Source of the DNA: Escherichia virus TH41
Sequence record: MT446412.1
Direction: 5' to 3' (one strand)
Length of the DNA: 64,000 nt
Both the position numbers and the translations under genes were made by a program. Positions 1-9,451 of the stretch are shown here, in pieces. Numbering within the stretch: position 1 is the first letter of the stretch; each line of letters begins with the position of its first letter. The notes under the pieces were generated by a model that ran no database searches, was not told where the DNA came from, and saw nothing but the letters and a program-made list of their open reading frames with translations.

Positions 1-144
1 GGTGTGTTTGATGATGAGAAGATTGCTCAACTCCTGGTTGCGCTTGGTCGCGAATCCCAAATTGGTTTGACCATGCCGCAAGTATTTGCCCCTGATGGAA
101 GTCATATTGGTGGCTTCGACCAACTGCGAGCTTATTTTAAATGA
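1..144 (+). CDS. nrdC: Thioredoxin/glutaredoxin NrdC, 3' end (5' partial)
   Basis: Frame-1 ORF open from window start; C-terminus ...PQVFAPDGSHIGGFDQLRAYFK is glutaredoxin-like and sits upstream of gene 49 as in T4. Confidence 0.6.
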   Translation, partial: GVFDDEKIAQLLVALGRESQIGLTMPQVFAPDGSHIGGFDQLRAYFK

Positions 145-308
145 TTGAATTATTGTTGGGTGTTTTGTATCTTATCATCGGTATTGGTTATGCTAAGACC
201 CTAGCTAAATTAGATGATTTCGGTGCAGGTGACTTTTGTTGGTGGCTGACGTCTATGATTTGTTGGCCTTTATTTCTGGTTGGTGCTTCATTCTGGAACT
301 TTAAATGA
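141..308 (+). CDS. Hypothetical small membrane protein (55 aa)
   Basis: ATG overlaps nrdC stop (ATGA); hydrophobic; ends in ATGA overlap with next ORF; below ORF-track size cutoff. Confidence 0.35.
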   Translation: MIELLLGVLYLIIGIGYAKTLAKLDDFGAGDFCWWLTSMICWPLFLVGASFWNFK

Positions 309-493
309 CCGAATTTGATATGGCTTATGAAACCTGCGCAAGAGAGTTCACAAGAGAGTTTGATACTCCTGCGCTTAGTAAAGAAACCGTATTGGCAAAT
401 CTCCCGGATTGGTTAAAAGAAGAAGCCAACAAATGGGGTTGGACTGATACTTGTGTACGCGACCAGCTATTTGAATTTATGGTGGAATTATGA
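305..493 (+). CDS. Hypothetical protein (62 aa)
   Basis: ORF track; stop-start overlap chain. Confidence 0.5.
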   Translation: MTEFDMAYETCAREFTREFDTPALSKETVLANLPDWLKEEANKWGWTDTCVRDQLFEFMVEL

Positions 494-798
494 GTGAATT
501 AGACGGACAAACAATTTATCTGGGTGACGGTAAAGAAGACGACCTGGAATATAAACTCTATGAATATATGGTAGCCTTGGCGAAAGAAGAAGGTATTGAC
601 TTTGCTGTGGCTAACCCGTATGGCGAGAACACTGTTGTAATCGGCGGCACTGCTTATGAAGTCCAATGGCAATATGTTGGACTTGAATCTGAAATATACG
701 AAGAAGATAAGCATGGCGATTGGCATCCGGTTGGTCCTTGGTACTGGGACGACGGCGAGCCTGATTTTGAAGTATCAAGCTATTGGAGTGACCAATGA
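490..798 (+). CDS. Hypothetical protein (102 aa)
   Basis: ORF track; ATGA overlap with neighbours. Confidence 0.55.
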   Translation: MSELDGQTIYLGDGKEDDLEYKLYEYMVALAKEEGIDFAVANPYGENTVVIGGTAYEVQWQYVGLESEIYEEDKHGDWHPVGPWYWDDGEPDFEVSSYWSDQ

Positions 799-1115
799 CT
801 ATTGAAAATGAATTAGATGTTGATGCTGTTTTAAGCGAAATCATTGAAGACCATGACGCGTTTACTGAATCATACGAGTTTGAATTTTCGGACTACCTGG
901 TTCCGGTTGAATTAGGCGAATGGACACAAACCGGCAAATACCAATATCGCCAGGCAATTTATTTCAGCAAAAAACATAATGTGCATGTGGCTGTAAACGA
1001 AACTCGTACCGGCTCTTATCATACTGACTGGGACCATACGGTCCCGACTGTTGAACTGGTTAAGCTCCAAGAACGTGTCGTAACCCAAACTATCAGAGAA
1101 TGGATTACGCTATAA
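795..1115 (+). CDS. Hypothetical protein (106 aa)
   Basis: ORF track; ATGA overlap. Confidence 0.55.
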   Translation: MTIENELDVDAVLSEIIEDHDAFTESYEFEFSDYLVPVELGEWTQTGKYQYRQAIYFSKKHNVHVAVNETRTGSYHTDWDHTVPTVELVKLQERVVTQTIREWITL

Positions 1116-1232
1116 AACCATGGTATACCGCTCGATGGGAAACTGTCGAGCCAGAGGAACCTGTTTACAACGATTCCGAAATAGATTATAATGAACCTTC
1201 AAACAATGATTTAATTGATATGGAGTTTGGAT

Positions 1233-1406
1233 ATGAGTACCAAAATTGAAGTTGGCCGTCATAAAGGCCGTCTGATTGAGCATTCGCTTTACGAATTGTC
1301 GGATTCTCGTAAGTTACCCGATGAAGAATCTGCTTTAATTTTTGCTGCAGCTGACTACATTCATTGGCTTGAAGCCCAACTCCGCTTTTCTGATGAGGCC
1401 TTTTAA
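1233..1406 (+). CDS. Hypothetical protein (57 aa)
   Basis: ATG at 1233 preceded by GGAG; track start at 1215 is TTG. Confidence 0.45.
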   Translation: MSTKIEVGRHKGRLIEHSLYELSDSRKLPDEESALIFAAADYIHWLEAQLRFSDEAF

Positions 1407-1678
1407 TGTTTTTAGAAATTGTTAATATTCATGCTGCGGCTCAATCAGGTTTTATGAAAGAGCTTCAAGACGCAGGATTTAAAAATGGCGATGTTATCCA
1501 GGCGTTAAGACAACGTTTTGACCCTGATGTTGAATGTAATGTTTGGGACGTTGTTGAAACAGATGAATACCTTTTTGATACCATAGAAATTGAAGGGTCA
1601 TGGACCTGTATCACTGAGTATATGATAATTGATAATGGTAACGTTGACTGCCATTATCCTTGTTTTAGGATTGTTTAA
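1406..1678 (+). CDS. Hypothetical protein (90 aa)
   Basis: ORF track; TAATG overlap with upstream ORF. Confidence 0.5.
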   Translation: MFLEIVNIHAAAQSGFMKELQDAGFKNGDVIQALRQRFDPDVECNVWDVVETDEYLFDTIEIEGSWTCITEYMIIDNGNVDCHYPCFRIV

Positions 1679-1854
1679 TGAAAACTGCATTAGTCTATAC
1701 CGAAAAGTTAAACGGTGACAAGGTCTGGAAACTTCTTATCAAAGGAAGTCCTACTGACCAGTTTATGGCCACCTGTGTGGGATTGTATACTCGTCCTACC
1801 AAAAAGATGATTCGTCAATTTAAACGGTTGCATCGTTCGTTCTATGGGGTCTGA
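1678..1854 (+). CDS. Hypothetical protein (58 aa)
   Basis: ATG overlapping previous stop (TAATG); same strand as neighbours; not in track (under 60 aa). Confidence 0.35.
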   Translation: MKTALVYTEKLNGDKVWKLLIKGSPTDQFMATCVGLYTRPTKKMIRQFKRLHRSFYGV

Positions 1855-1953
1855 TATGGATGCTCTTATTACGGTATTTTGGGCCGGAGTTGCTTTATTC
1901 GGATTGTTGTTAGTGCTAAGTTGCACTGCTAAACTATTAGGATATTAATAAAT

Positions 1954-1978
1954 ACCCTTATCTAATAATGGTAAGGGT
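1954..1978 (+). promoter_or_regulatory. Stem-loop (ACCCTTA / TAAGGGT, 11-nt loop) immediately upstream of gene 49 start
   Basis: Inverted repeat seen directly; ends 5 nt before ATG 1984. Confidence 0.4.
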
Positions 1979-1983
1979 TTATT

Positions 1984-2457
1984 ATGTTGTTGACTGGCAA
2001 ATTATACAAAGAAGAAAAACAAAAACTTTATGATGCACAAGCTGGTAAGTGTCCAATTTGCCACCGTGATTTGGACTCCGATGTTCAGGCCAACCATCTT
2101 GACCATGACCACGAATTGAACGGGCCAAAAGCTGGTAAGGTTCGCGGGTTACTATGCAATCTGTGCAATGGAACAGAAGGACAAATGAAGCATAAGTTCA
2201 GCCGTTCGGGTCTAAAAGGTCGCAATGTTGACTACCTGGAATGGTTAGAGAGTTTGCTTGTCTATCTGAAATCTGATTATACCGAAAACAATATTCACCC
2301 TAATTTTGTGGCAGACAAAGCCAAAGAGTTCGGTCGTCTGGGGAAAGAAGAAATGATTCGGGAAATGCTTTTGAACGGTATGACTTATAATGAATCTGAC
2401 ACAAAAACACAATTAATGGCTTCATTTAAGAAGCAGCTTAGAAAGAGTTTAAAATGA
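1984..2457 (+). CDS. 49: Endonuclease VII (Holliday junction resolvase), gp49
   Basis: 157 aa; MLLTGKLYKEEKQK..., Cys cluster CPICHR...CNLCN, near-identical layout to T4 endo VII. Confidence 0.92.
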   Translation: MLLTGKLYKEEKQKLYDAQAGKCPICHRDLDSDVQANHLDHDHELNGPKAGKVRGLLCNLCNGTEGQMKHKFSRSGLKGRNVDYLEWLESLLVYLKSDYTENNIHPNFVADKAKEFGRLGKEEMIREMLLNGMTYNESDTKTQLMASFKKQLRKSLK

Positions 2458-4271
2458 CAATTGAAAACGAAATTGAAGGATTGATTCATAAAACTAATAA
2501 AGACCTTTTAAACGAGAATGCTAATAAAGATTCTCGTGTTTTTCCAACTCAACGGGACCTTATGGCTGGTATTGTATCTAAACACATTGCCAAAAATATG
2601 GTCGCGTCTTTTATTATGAAAGCACATGAAAGCGGAATTATTCATTTCCATGATATTGATTATTCCCCTGCTCTTCCATTTACTAATTGCTGTTTAGTAG
2701 ATTTAAAAGGAATGCTTGAGAACGGGTTTAAGCTCGGTAATGCACAGATTGAAACTCCTAAATCAATCAGTGTTGCTACTGCAATTATGGCACAAATTAC
2801 TGCGCAGGTTGCTTCCCATCAATATGGCGGAACGACTTTTGCGAATGTAGATAAAGTACTTTCTCCTTATGTTAAACGTACCTATGCGAAACATATTGAG
2901 GACGCGGAAAAATGGCAAATCACTGATGCGTTGAATTATGCTCAATCTAAAACAGAAAAAGACGTATATGATGCATTCCAAGCTTATGAATATGAAGTAA
3001 ATACTCTCTTTAGTTCAAATGGTCAGACTCCTTTTGTGACAATTACATTTGGTACTGGAACTGACTGGACTGAACGAATGATTCAGAAAGCAATTCTGAA
3101 AAATCGTATTAAAGGTCTTGGTCGTGATGGGATAACTCCTATTTTCCCTAAACTTGTTATGTTTGTTGAAGAAGGTGTTAATCTTTATAAAGACGACCCG
3201 AACTATGATATTAAGCAGCTTGCTTTAGAGTGTGCAAGCAAAAGAATGTATCCTGATATCATTTCAGCTAAGAATAACAAAGCTATCACTGGTTCATTTA
3301 TTCCTGTTTCTCCAATGGGTTGCCGTAGTTTCTTGGGCGTATGGAAAGATTCGACTGGTAATGAAATTCTTGATGGACGTAATAATCTTGGTGTTGTAAC
3401 ACTGAATCTTCCTCGCATTGCATTAGATTCTTATATTGGAACACAGTTCAATGAACAGAAATTTACTGAATTGTTCAATGAGCGAATGGATTTATGTTTT
3501 GAAGCTTTGATGTGTAGAATTAGTTCCTTAAAAGGAGTTAAAGCGACTGTTGCTCCTATTCTTTATCAAGAAGGTGCATTCGGGGTTCGTCTTAAACCTG
3601 ATGACGATATAATTGAGTTATTTAAAAACGGTAGAAGTTCAGTATCCCTGGGATACATCGGTATTCACGAATTGAATATTCTTGTCGGTCGTGATATTGG
3701 GCAAGAAATTTTGACTAAAATGAATGCTCGTCTTAAGCAGTGGACTGAAAGAACCGGATTTGCTTTTAGCTTGTATTCTACACCTGCTGAAAACCTGTGT
3801 TATCGCTTCTGTAAACTCGATACCGAAAAATATGGAAGTGTAAAAGATGTTACTGATAAAGGCTGGTACACTAACAGTTTCCATGTTTCAGTAGAAGAAA
3901 ATATTACTCCGTTTGAAAAGATTTCTCGTGAAGCCCCATATCATTTCATTGCGACAGGCGGTCACATTTCTTATGTTGAACTTCCTGATATGAAAAATAA
4001 CTTAAAAGGTCTTGAGGCTGTATGGGATTATGCTGCACAGCATTTAGATTATTTTGGTGTTAATATGCCAGTGGATAAATGTTTTACATGTGGAAGTACC
4101 CATGAAATGACTCCTACTGAAAACGGATTTGTTTGTTCTATTTGTGGAGAAACTGACCCTAAAAAGATGAACACAATAAGAAGAACATGCGGCTATTTGG
4201 GAAATCCGAACGAACGCGGATTTAATCTCGGCAAAAATAAAGAAATCATGCATAGGGTTAAACACCAATGA
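2454..4271 (+). CDS. nrdD: Anaerobic ribonucleoside-triphosphate reductase NrdD (class III), uninterrupted
   Basis: 605 aa; C-terminal glycyl-radical motif RRTCGYLG and Cys cluster CFTCGS...CSICG. Confidence 0.95.
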   Translation: MTIENEIEGLIHKTNKDLLNENANKDSRVFPTQRDLMAGIVSKHIAKNMVASFIMKAHESGIIHFHDIDYSPALPFTNCCLVDLKGMLENGFKLGNAQIETPKSISVATAIMAQITAQVASHQYGGTTFANVDKVLSPYVKRTYAKHIEDAEKWQITDALNYAQSKTEKDVYDAFQAYEYEVNTLFSSNGQTPFVTITFGTGTDWTERMIQKAILKNRIKGLGRDGITPIFPKLVMFVEEGVNLYKDDPNYDIKQLALECASKRMYPDIISAKNNKAITGSFIPVSPMGCRSFLGVWKDSTGNEILDGRNNLGVVTLNLPRIALDSYIGTQFNEQKFTELFNERMDLCFEALMCRISSLKGVKATVAPILYQEGAFGVRLKPDDDIIELFKNGRSSVSLGYIGIHELNILVGRDIGQEILTKMNARLKQWTERTGFAFSLYSTPAENLCYRFCKLDTEKYGSVKDVTDKGWYTNSFHVSVEENITPFEKISREAPYHFIATGGHISYVELPDMKNNLKGLEAVWDYAAQHLDYFGVNMPVDKCFTCGSTHEMTPTENGFVCSICGETDPKKMNTIRRTCGYLGNPNERGFNLGKNKEIMHRVKHQ

Positions 4272-4738
4272 ATTATGATAGAATTTATCCTTGCGATTTT
4301 GTGAATGGCCCTGGTTGTAGGGTCGTTCTTTTCGTTACAGGTTGTTTGCATAAATGCGAAGGGTGTTATAATAAATCAACATGGAATGCTAGAAATGGTG
4401 TTCCATTCACTGGTGAAACACTAGAACAATTAATTGAATGTTTGAATAATGATTATATAGAAGGATTAACTATAACCGGAGGAGACCCTCTCTATCCTGA
4501 TAACCGAGATGTTATTCACTCTGTGGTTCAAACTATTAAAAATCTTTATCCCAATAAAAGCATTTGGATGTGGACAGGATATAAGTTTGAAGATATTAAA
4601 CAACTAGAAATGCTTAAATATGTTGATGTTATTATTGATGGGAAGTATGAGAAAAATCTTCCGACCAAAAAACTGTGGCGAGGGTCAGATAATCAGCGAC
4701 TTTGGTCAAATACCGATGGGGTGTGGAAACATGATTAA
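4268..4738 (+). CDS. nrdG: Anaerobic RNR activating protein NrdG (radical SAM)
   Basis: 156 aa; Cys cluster GCLHKCEGCYN; immediately downstream of nrdD with ATGA overlap. Confidence 0.9.
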   Translation: MNYDRIYPCDFVNGPGCRVVLFVTGCLHKCEGCYNKSTWNARNGVPFTGETLEQLIECLNNDYIEGLTITGGDPLYPDNRDVIHSVVQTIKNLYPNKSIWMWTGYKFEDIKQLEMLKYVDVIIDGKYEKNLPTKKLWRGSDNQRLWSNTDGVWKHD

Positions 4739-4852
4739 ATTGAATTACATTATGGGTACTATAAATGATATGATTTTTCATTTTGGTCCAGAATTTTATT
4801 CGCAGTATAGTTTAGTGCTTATCAATGCTTGGTTAATCAATTAAGGGTAAAT

Positions 4853-5068
4853 ATGGATAAATTTCGTAATGCTGCAGCAGATATTCTGGCAAACATAACG
4901 CTTGTGTTGTTCATCGTTTGCCTGCTTATTCTGGCTATTCCGTTTGGTTTGCTGTTTGTTATCATCGGTTGGTTAAGTACCAATCCTGGCCTCGAAAGCT
5001 CTGAATTCAACAAACGAATCCAGGCTATCCATAATACCATCGCAAAAATGATGAAGGTGAAAGAATGA
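4853..5068 (+). CDS. Hypothetical membrane protein (71 aa)
   Basis: ATG preceded by AAGGG; strongly hydrophobic core LVLFIVCLLILAIPFGLLFVIIGWL. Confidence 0.45.
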   Translation: MDKFRNAAADILANITLVLFIVCLLILAIPFGLLFVIIGWLSTNPGLESSEFNKRIQAIHNTIAKMMKVKE

Positions 5069-5364
5069 AACGTTTTGAAGAATATGTAACTACTAATTGG
5101 ACCGCGTGGGACAAGTTCGGTGATGAATGGTACTTCCACGACTGTGACCTGAACCCGGAATTCTTTGTCGATAAGGAAGAAGACCTTAAAGACATCTATG
5201 CTCTATCAGAGATTCACGGAATCAAACCGACGGTTTATTTCAGCTTCGACGATACCAGATTTCTTATTCGGATTTATGTTCCATACGAAACCGTTGATGA
5301 TGAAGAAGATATTACAACCTGGGACTACCAAGGAGTGATTTCCTGTGGACCAAAAGTTAACTAA
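5065..5364 (+). CDS. Hypothetical protein (99 aa)
   Basis: ORF track; ATGA overlap. Confidence 0.5.
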   Translation: MKRFEEYVTTNWTAWDKFGDEWYFHDCDLNPEFFVDKEEDLKDIYALSEIHGIKPTVYFSFDDTRFLIRIYVPYETVDDEEDITTWDYQGVISCGPKVN

Positions 5365-5662
5365 GATTGAAATCTATGGTATCCCCGAAGAAGTCGGTCG
5401 ATGCCCCGGTTGTATGCACGTCAGGAGCCTTCTGGGCTCCTTAAACCTTCCTTATACATTCTATTCAGTCCTTAACAAACAAGGCTCTGAAATCGCTTAT
5501 GACAGGCCTTTAATCGTGTCTTTGGCTAAGCGTGCTGGATATCCTACCCTTAACATTCGTTACCCAGTGATTTTTGTCAATGATGAAAAAATGACCAATA
5601 TTCCTGCCTTTAAAACAAAACTGATATCCCTGGGGTATGACCAGGACTTAATTGAAGATTAA
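5345..5662 (+). CDS. nrdH: Glutaredoxin-like protein (NrdH-like)
   Basis: KIEIYG...CPGC redox motif near N-terminus; GTG start after AAGGAG; position after nrdG as in T4. Confidence 0.55.
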   Translation: MDQKLTKIEIYGIPEEVGRCPGCMHVRSLLGSLNLPYTFYSVLNKQGSEIAYDRPLIVSLAKRAGYPTLNIRYPVIFVNDEKMTNIPAFKTKLISLGYDQDLIED

Positions 5663-5685
5663 AAAGGGGTGTACAAGCCCCTTTG
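5662..5685 (+). promoter_or_regulatory. Stem-loop AAAGGGG/CCCCTTT enclosing the -35 element of the next promoter
   Basis: Inverted repeat read directly; no T-run follows. Confidence 0.45.
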
Positions 5686-5698
5686 AATGATGTATCAT
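5669..5698 (+). promoter_or_regulatory. Early sigma70-type promoter (GTGTAC-N18-TATCAT), PeSL-like cassette
   Basis: Family consensus shared with at least 15 other sites; followed by conserved leader CCATCAACTACTGATGAGGA and ATG 5730. Confidence 0.6.
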
Positions 5699-5729
5699 TA
5701 TCCCATCAACTACTGATGAGGAGAACATT

Positions 5730-5906
5730 ATGACTATCCAAGATAAAGAAATTAAAGTCAACCAGTATTATTCAATCAACGGCAAAGCTGTTCTAGTAAC
5801 TGAAATATCTAGCCTGGATGTGTGGTATACCATAATTGACCTTAATATTAAAATGATTTGTGACCGTGGTGTATTTTGCTCGATAGCTAAGGAAATTAAA
5901 TTATGA
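5730..5906 (+). CDS. Hypothetical protein (58 aa)
   Basis: ATG 8 nt after GAGGAG in conserved leader; ATGA overlap with next ORF. Confidence 0.5.
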   Translation: MTIQDKEIKVNQYYSINGKAVLVTEISSLDVWYTIIDLNIKMICDRGVFCSIAKEIKL

Positions 5907-6157
5907 GCCTGAAATTACATTCAATGAAAAATGTCGCCACCCTTAATCTGGATGATGAGCGCCTAATTTTTATCACCGTCACTGATAAGAATATTGAAAT
6001 TGCAAATGGTCCTAAGACTTATTGTTGTCCAGTGAAGAATTGGAAACATGTAACCTTTTTGACCCTGGGTGACCGTCTGAAAGACCTTAAGTTGGATTTG
6101 GATGTCAAAGATATCCAGTACATTAAAAATCTTATTGGATACAAACTGCTGAGGTAA
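5903..6157 (+). CDS. Hypothetical protein (84 aa)
   Basis: ORF track. Confidence 0.5.
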   Translation: MSLKLHSMKNVATLNLDDERLIFITVTDKNIEIANGPKTYCCPVKNWKHVTFLTLGDRLKDLKLDLDVKDIQYIKNLIGYKLLR

Positions 6158-6159
6158 CT

Positions 6160-6453
6160 ATGGGTAAAACTATTCGTCGCAAAGAATTGTCTGTAAAAGA
6201 TTTTTATTATTCAGGGCGTCGTCAGGCGCCTGATGGTGTAAGTCAAGAACAAGTTGAAGAAAATATCTTCCGTTCAGACAAATGGAAGCGTATGCGTGGC
6301 GTTGATTCAGAAGTCAAGAATGAGATGAATCGTCAACTGCGTAAAGAAGTTCGTCAGTTGAAAAAAGATGTATACGTTGAGGATGATTTGGATTATAATA
6401 CTTCTCATCGTGTTGCAAAACGTAAATCAAACGAGTGTTATCGTTACAGCTGA
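6160..6453 (+). CDS. Hypothetical basic protein (97 aa)
   Basis: ORF track; GAGG upstream of ATG. Confidence 0.5.
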   Translation: MGKTIRRKELSVKDFYYSGRRQAPDGVSQEQVEENIFRSDKWKRMRGVDSEVKNEMNRQLRKEVRQLKKDVYVEDDLDYNTSHRVAKRKSNECYRYS

Positions 6454-6460
6454 GGAAAAT

Positions 6461-6658
6461 ATGAATCCACAATCTAAATTATCACAGCGAATTGCTGAAT
6501 CTCGTCGTCAGTTCTTTGAAAATATGATAGCTCAAGGTATTGATGACGAAGTTTTTCTAAACTGGTTTTGGAATCTCTATTATTCAAAATGTGCAGGAGC
6601 AATATTAATTTCTGCCGCGATGATGTATGAAGGTTGGAAAGGCGCAAAAGCGCAGTAA
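6461..6658 (+). CDS. Hypothetical protein (65 aa)
   Basis: ATG preceded by GAGGAAAAT; track start 6368 overlaps previous ORF and is less likely. Confidence 0.4.
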   Translation: MNPQSKLSQRIAESRRQFFENMIAQGIDDEVFLNWFWNLYYSKCAGAILISAAMMYEGWKGAKAQ

Positions 6659-6666
6659 AAACCAGC

Positions 6667-6688
6667 GGGGTCATGGTATAATGACCCC
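6667..6688 (+). promoter_or_regulatory. Perfect 8-bp inverted repeat GGGGTCAT/ATGACCCC enclosing TATAAT
   Basis: Read directly; same architecture as hairpins at 36894 and 47923. Confidence 0.45.
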
Positions 6689-6730
6689 AGGATAATAAAA
6701 TTTTAATTTAATGAGACTGAGGAATATATC

Positions 6731-7057
6731 ATGACTGCATCTATCACTAACACCATCGCTAATTTCGCATTTGCTAAAGTTAACACTCTGATGAAATCTG
6801 GTTTCGTTACCCCTGAGATTCTGGACCAGTGGGAAGGCGATGTACAGAAGCTGATTATTGCAGAAGGTCAGACAATGGGTAAAGCGCGTATTCGTGAAAG
6901 CCTTGTTCAGTATATCCTGAATGAATTTGATGTAGTAGCGTTTGGTCTGCCGCTTCCACGCGAAAACAAAGAAGTTTCTGACAAAGCCATCAAGCGCATG
7001 AACTCCCAACGTAAGAAAGGTTTTGTTGACCTGAAAATTATTAAGGGTGCGAAATGA
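6731..7057 (+). CDS. Hypothetical protein (108 aa)
   Basis: ORF track; GAGG 10 nt upstream. Confidence 0.55.
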   Translation: MTASITNTIANFAFAKVNTLMKSGFVTPEILDQWEGDVQKLIIAEGQTMGKARIRESLVQYILNEFDVVAFGLPLPRENKEVSDKAIKRMNSQRKKGFVDLKIIKGAK

Positions 7058-7317
7058 TGTGTCCTGCTATTGAATTACCTGAAGGTGTTGCGGTAATAGT
7101 ATCATACAAACATACGTATGCTAATGGAATTCGCCGAGCTCATAAAATTAGTCAAGGTTACTATTTACAAAGGACTTTAAATTATTTCATTTCAATGGGA
7201 TATGAATTCAGAATCTATCCTATGTGTACTAAAACCAAGTACACTAAAATCGATGCTTGGGAAGCTTGGGCGGAAGGCATGACATTAGACGAATTCCTGG
7301 ACTACTTAAATGATTAA
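7054..7317 (+). CDS. Hypothetical protein (87 aa)
   Basis: ORF track; ATGA overlap. Confidence 0.45.
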   Translation: MMCPAIELPEGVAVIVSYKHTYANGIRRAHKISQGYYLQRTLNYFISMGYEFRIYPMCTKTKYTKIDAWEAWAEGMTLDEFLDYLND

Positions 7318-7576
7318 AATAAAACTCTCTAATTACGATAAAAACTTGGAAATGATTACTATGAAAGAAGAACTCCTGAATGATGTTCGCTTTACGGGTT
7401 ATGCAGTTCAATTTAATGGTGATGGGGTTCTCCAGATTGAAGGTGACCACTTTATTATTGAATATGAATTCCACCAATATTGGTTGTATGCTAAAGATGA
7501 AGTTGGTGGGATTGATTATATTGACCAGTTTGATAAGCTTGATGATGTTTTAGAAGCTGCTCAATTGGTGTACTGA
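7310..7576 (+). CDS. Hypothetical protein (88 aa)
   Basis: ORF track; start overlaps previous stop. Confidence 0.45.
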   Translation: MIKIKLSNYDKNLEMITMKEELLNDVRFTGYAVQFNGDGVLQIEGDHFIIEYEFHQYWLYAKDEVGGIDYIDQFDKLDDVLEAAQLVY

Positions 7577-7842
7577 TGCACATCAATCATACAATGATAT
7601 CTATCCAGGACCTGGGAACGTTTTGGGTGGATGAATTCATGAAAATAACATTCTTCCCACACGCAGAAGGGTATGGCTCTTGGGAGTCTCATATCGGCAT
7701 GTTGAATGAAGGACAATACCGCAACGAGCATGACCGTCTGATGGAATTCATTAGTGATGCCGAGGTTATCCCTTATATTGACATCCATGAATTTAAGGCA
7801 ATTATGGAGAAGGTCTTCCAGGCTTACTGTTTACTTCGCTAA
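7576..7842 (+). CDS. Hypothetical protein (88 aa)
   Basis: ORF track; TGATG overlap. Confidence 0.45.
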   Translation: MHINHTMISIQDLGTFWVDEFMKITFFPHAEGYGSWESHIGMLNEGQYRNEHDRLMEFISDAEVIPYIDIHEFKAIMEKVFQAYCLLR

Positions 7843-7867
7843 TGCTTTGTATCAAGGATGATATAAT
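7843..7867 (+). promoter_or_regulatory. Candidate MotA-dependent middle promoter (TGCTT box, 14-nt gap, TATAAT) upstream of gene 55
   Basis: TGCTT 7843-7847 and TATAAT 7862-7867; same 14-nt gap as sites at 20200 and 38957. Confidence 0.4.
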
Positions 7868-7890
7868 ATTCATATACTAAGTGAGGCGAT

Positions 7891-8448
7891 ATGAACGAAA
7901 TTAAATTAACCAAGAATAACTATGTAAATAATAAAGAGCTTTTGAAAGCTATTTCGGAGTGGAAACAGAAGCTGAATGCGAACACCGACCCGAACAAAAT
8001 TATTCGCCAGAACGATGTTATTGGTCTGGCGATTATGCTTATAGCCGAAGGTCTTAGCAAACGTTTCAACTTCTCCGGATATACCCAATCCTGGAAGCAA
8101 GAAATGATTGCTGACGGTATTGAGGCCGCAATAAAAGGTCTTCACAACTTCGACGAAACAAAATACGATAATCCACATGCTTACATAACAATGGCTTGCT
8201 TCAATGCTTTCGTTCAGCGTATCAAAAAAGAACGTAAAGAAATGGCAAAGAAATATAGCTACTTCGTCCATAACGTATATGATTCACGTGACGACGATAT
8301 GGTGGCTCTGGCTGATGAAACATTTATCCAGGACATCTATGACAAAATGACACAGTACGAATCCTCTTTAGTTAAAGCGCCAGGGTCTGATAAGAGCGCC
8401 AAAGATAAAGAAGGTGATTTGGATTTTTTATATGGAACATCAATTTGA
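7891..8448 (+). CDS. 55: Late-transcription sigma factor gp55
   Basis: 185 aa (same length as T4 gp55); position between nrdH region and gene 47. Confidence 0.88.
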   Translation: MNEIKLTKNNYVNNKELLKAISEWKQKLNANTDPNKIIRQNDVIGLAIMLIAEGLSKRFNFSGYTQSWKQEMIADGIEAAIKGLHNFDETKYDNPHAYITMACFNAFVQRIKKERKEMAKKYSYFVHNVYDSRDDDMVALADETFIQDIYDKMTQYESSLVKAPGSDKSAKDKEGDLDFLYGTSI

Positions 8449-8665
8449 TATTACCGATTTTTTAGATAAAATCGAGGAAGACTTTACGGCTCTCCCATAT
8501 TTCATTAAACTTTATCTGCGAGACATAAAAGGTCTTCCAATTGATATCGACCCTTTAAACGTCCGGAATCTGGAATTTACTTCTCCGGACAATAACGTTG
8601 ATTACCGTTATCATGTGGATAATGCTAATCTATATTTTACAATTGAGTTAACTCCCAAGGATTAA
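8432..8665 (+). CDS. Hypothetical protein (77 aa)
   Basis: First ATG in track ORF; overlaps gp55 3' end. Confidence 0.4.
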   Translation: MEHQFDITDFLDKIEEDFTALPYFIKLYLRDIKGLPIDIDPLNVRNLEFTSPDNNVDYRYHVDNANLYFTIELTPKD

Positions 8666-8666
8666 T

Positions 8667-8978
8667 ATGCAAGCTCCAGATATTTCTCAACTGACCGATA
8701 AGCAGATTGAAGAAGCACAGGAACGTCTCGAAGAAGCGAACGCACTCGAAGCAACCAGTCAAGCAGCGAAGATTCTGAAAAAGAATGCTCGTGAAATTGC
8801 ACGACTGAATAAGCATGCTCAAGGCGCAGTGCTGGAAAACAATTTTGAAGCATACAAATACGCTTTAGTTAAACTGCGTGGGATTTACCGCCAACCCGTT
8901 ACGGAAGACCTGATTAAGTTGATGTGGGATTCTACTCGCAAACAAATTTGGGAAATCGTAAATGGCATTAGTAAATAA
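8667..8978 (+). CDS. Hypothetical protein (103 aa)
   Basis: ORF track; AAGGA upstream. Confidence 0.5.
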   Translation: MQAPDISQLTDKQIEEAQERLEEANALEATSQAAKILKKNAREIARLNKHAQGAVLENNFEAYKYALVKLRGIYRQPVTEDLIKLMWDSTRKQIWEIVNGISK

Positions 8979-9162
8979 ACCCTTTAAACGGCTTCTTATT
9001 GGAGCCGCTTTCAGACTTCGCTCATATGGTAATATCTGTATCAAGCAGACCGAAACCGAATACAAAATGATGGGCCAATATTCTGATGGTATTTTTAAGA
9101 TTGAGCCTGTAGCCAAGGTTTGGGTAGATTCTCATCAACTTAAGAAATGGTGGCAACGATGA
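8962..9162 (+). CDS. Hypothetical protein (66 aa)
   Basis: ORF track. Confidence 0.35.
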   Translation: MALVNKPFKRLLIGAAFRLRSYGNICIKQTETEYKMMGQYSDGIFKIEPVAKVWVDSHQLKKWWQR

Positions 9163-9220
9163 TAACATGGACAGGTGGCTAATGAACGACGAACATCCAG
9201 ATTTTTAAGAGGTCATATGA

Positions 9221-9394
9221 ATGACGAATTCGACGGATTTTGATAAGATTAAATCTGACAAAAACGAGATGATTCTTCAATTTGAAGCTGCTCGTATTAA
9301 AGCAGAAAATGAAGGTACTATTACCTATAAGCCTATCAAGTTCAGGTCTTCTCACGAACCTCTGTACGGTGTATTAATTGGAAAGGAAGCCTAG
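9221..9394 (+). CDS. Hypothetical protein (57 aa)
   Basis: ATG preceded by GAGG at 8-nt spacing; followed by terminator. Confidence 0.4.
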   Translation: MTNSTDFDKIKSDKNEMILQFEAARIKAENEGTITYKPIKFRSSHEPLYGVLIGKEA

Positions 9395-9407
9395 TGCTTC
9401 CTTTTTT
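9385..9407 (+). terminator. Rho-independent terminator (GGAAGC-CTAGT-GCTTCC + T6)
   Basis: Perfect 6-bp stem followed by TTTTTT. Confidence 0.7.
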
Positions 9408-9451
9408 GCTTTATATTCGGGATGATAAAATGAACCAACTGAGGAGAGTAT

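Noticed and set aside
2454-4271. Group I intron or intein in nrdD
   Set aside because: The reading frame is continuous at the length of the mature T4 NrdD (605 aa), leaving no room for an insertion.
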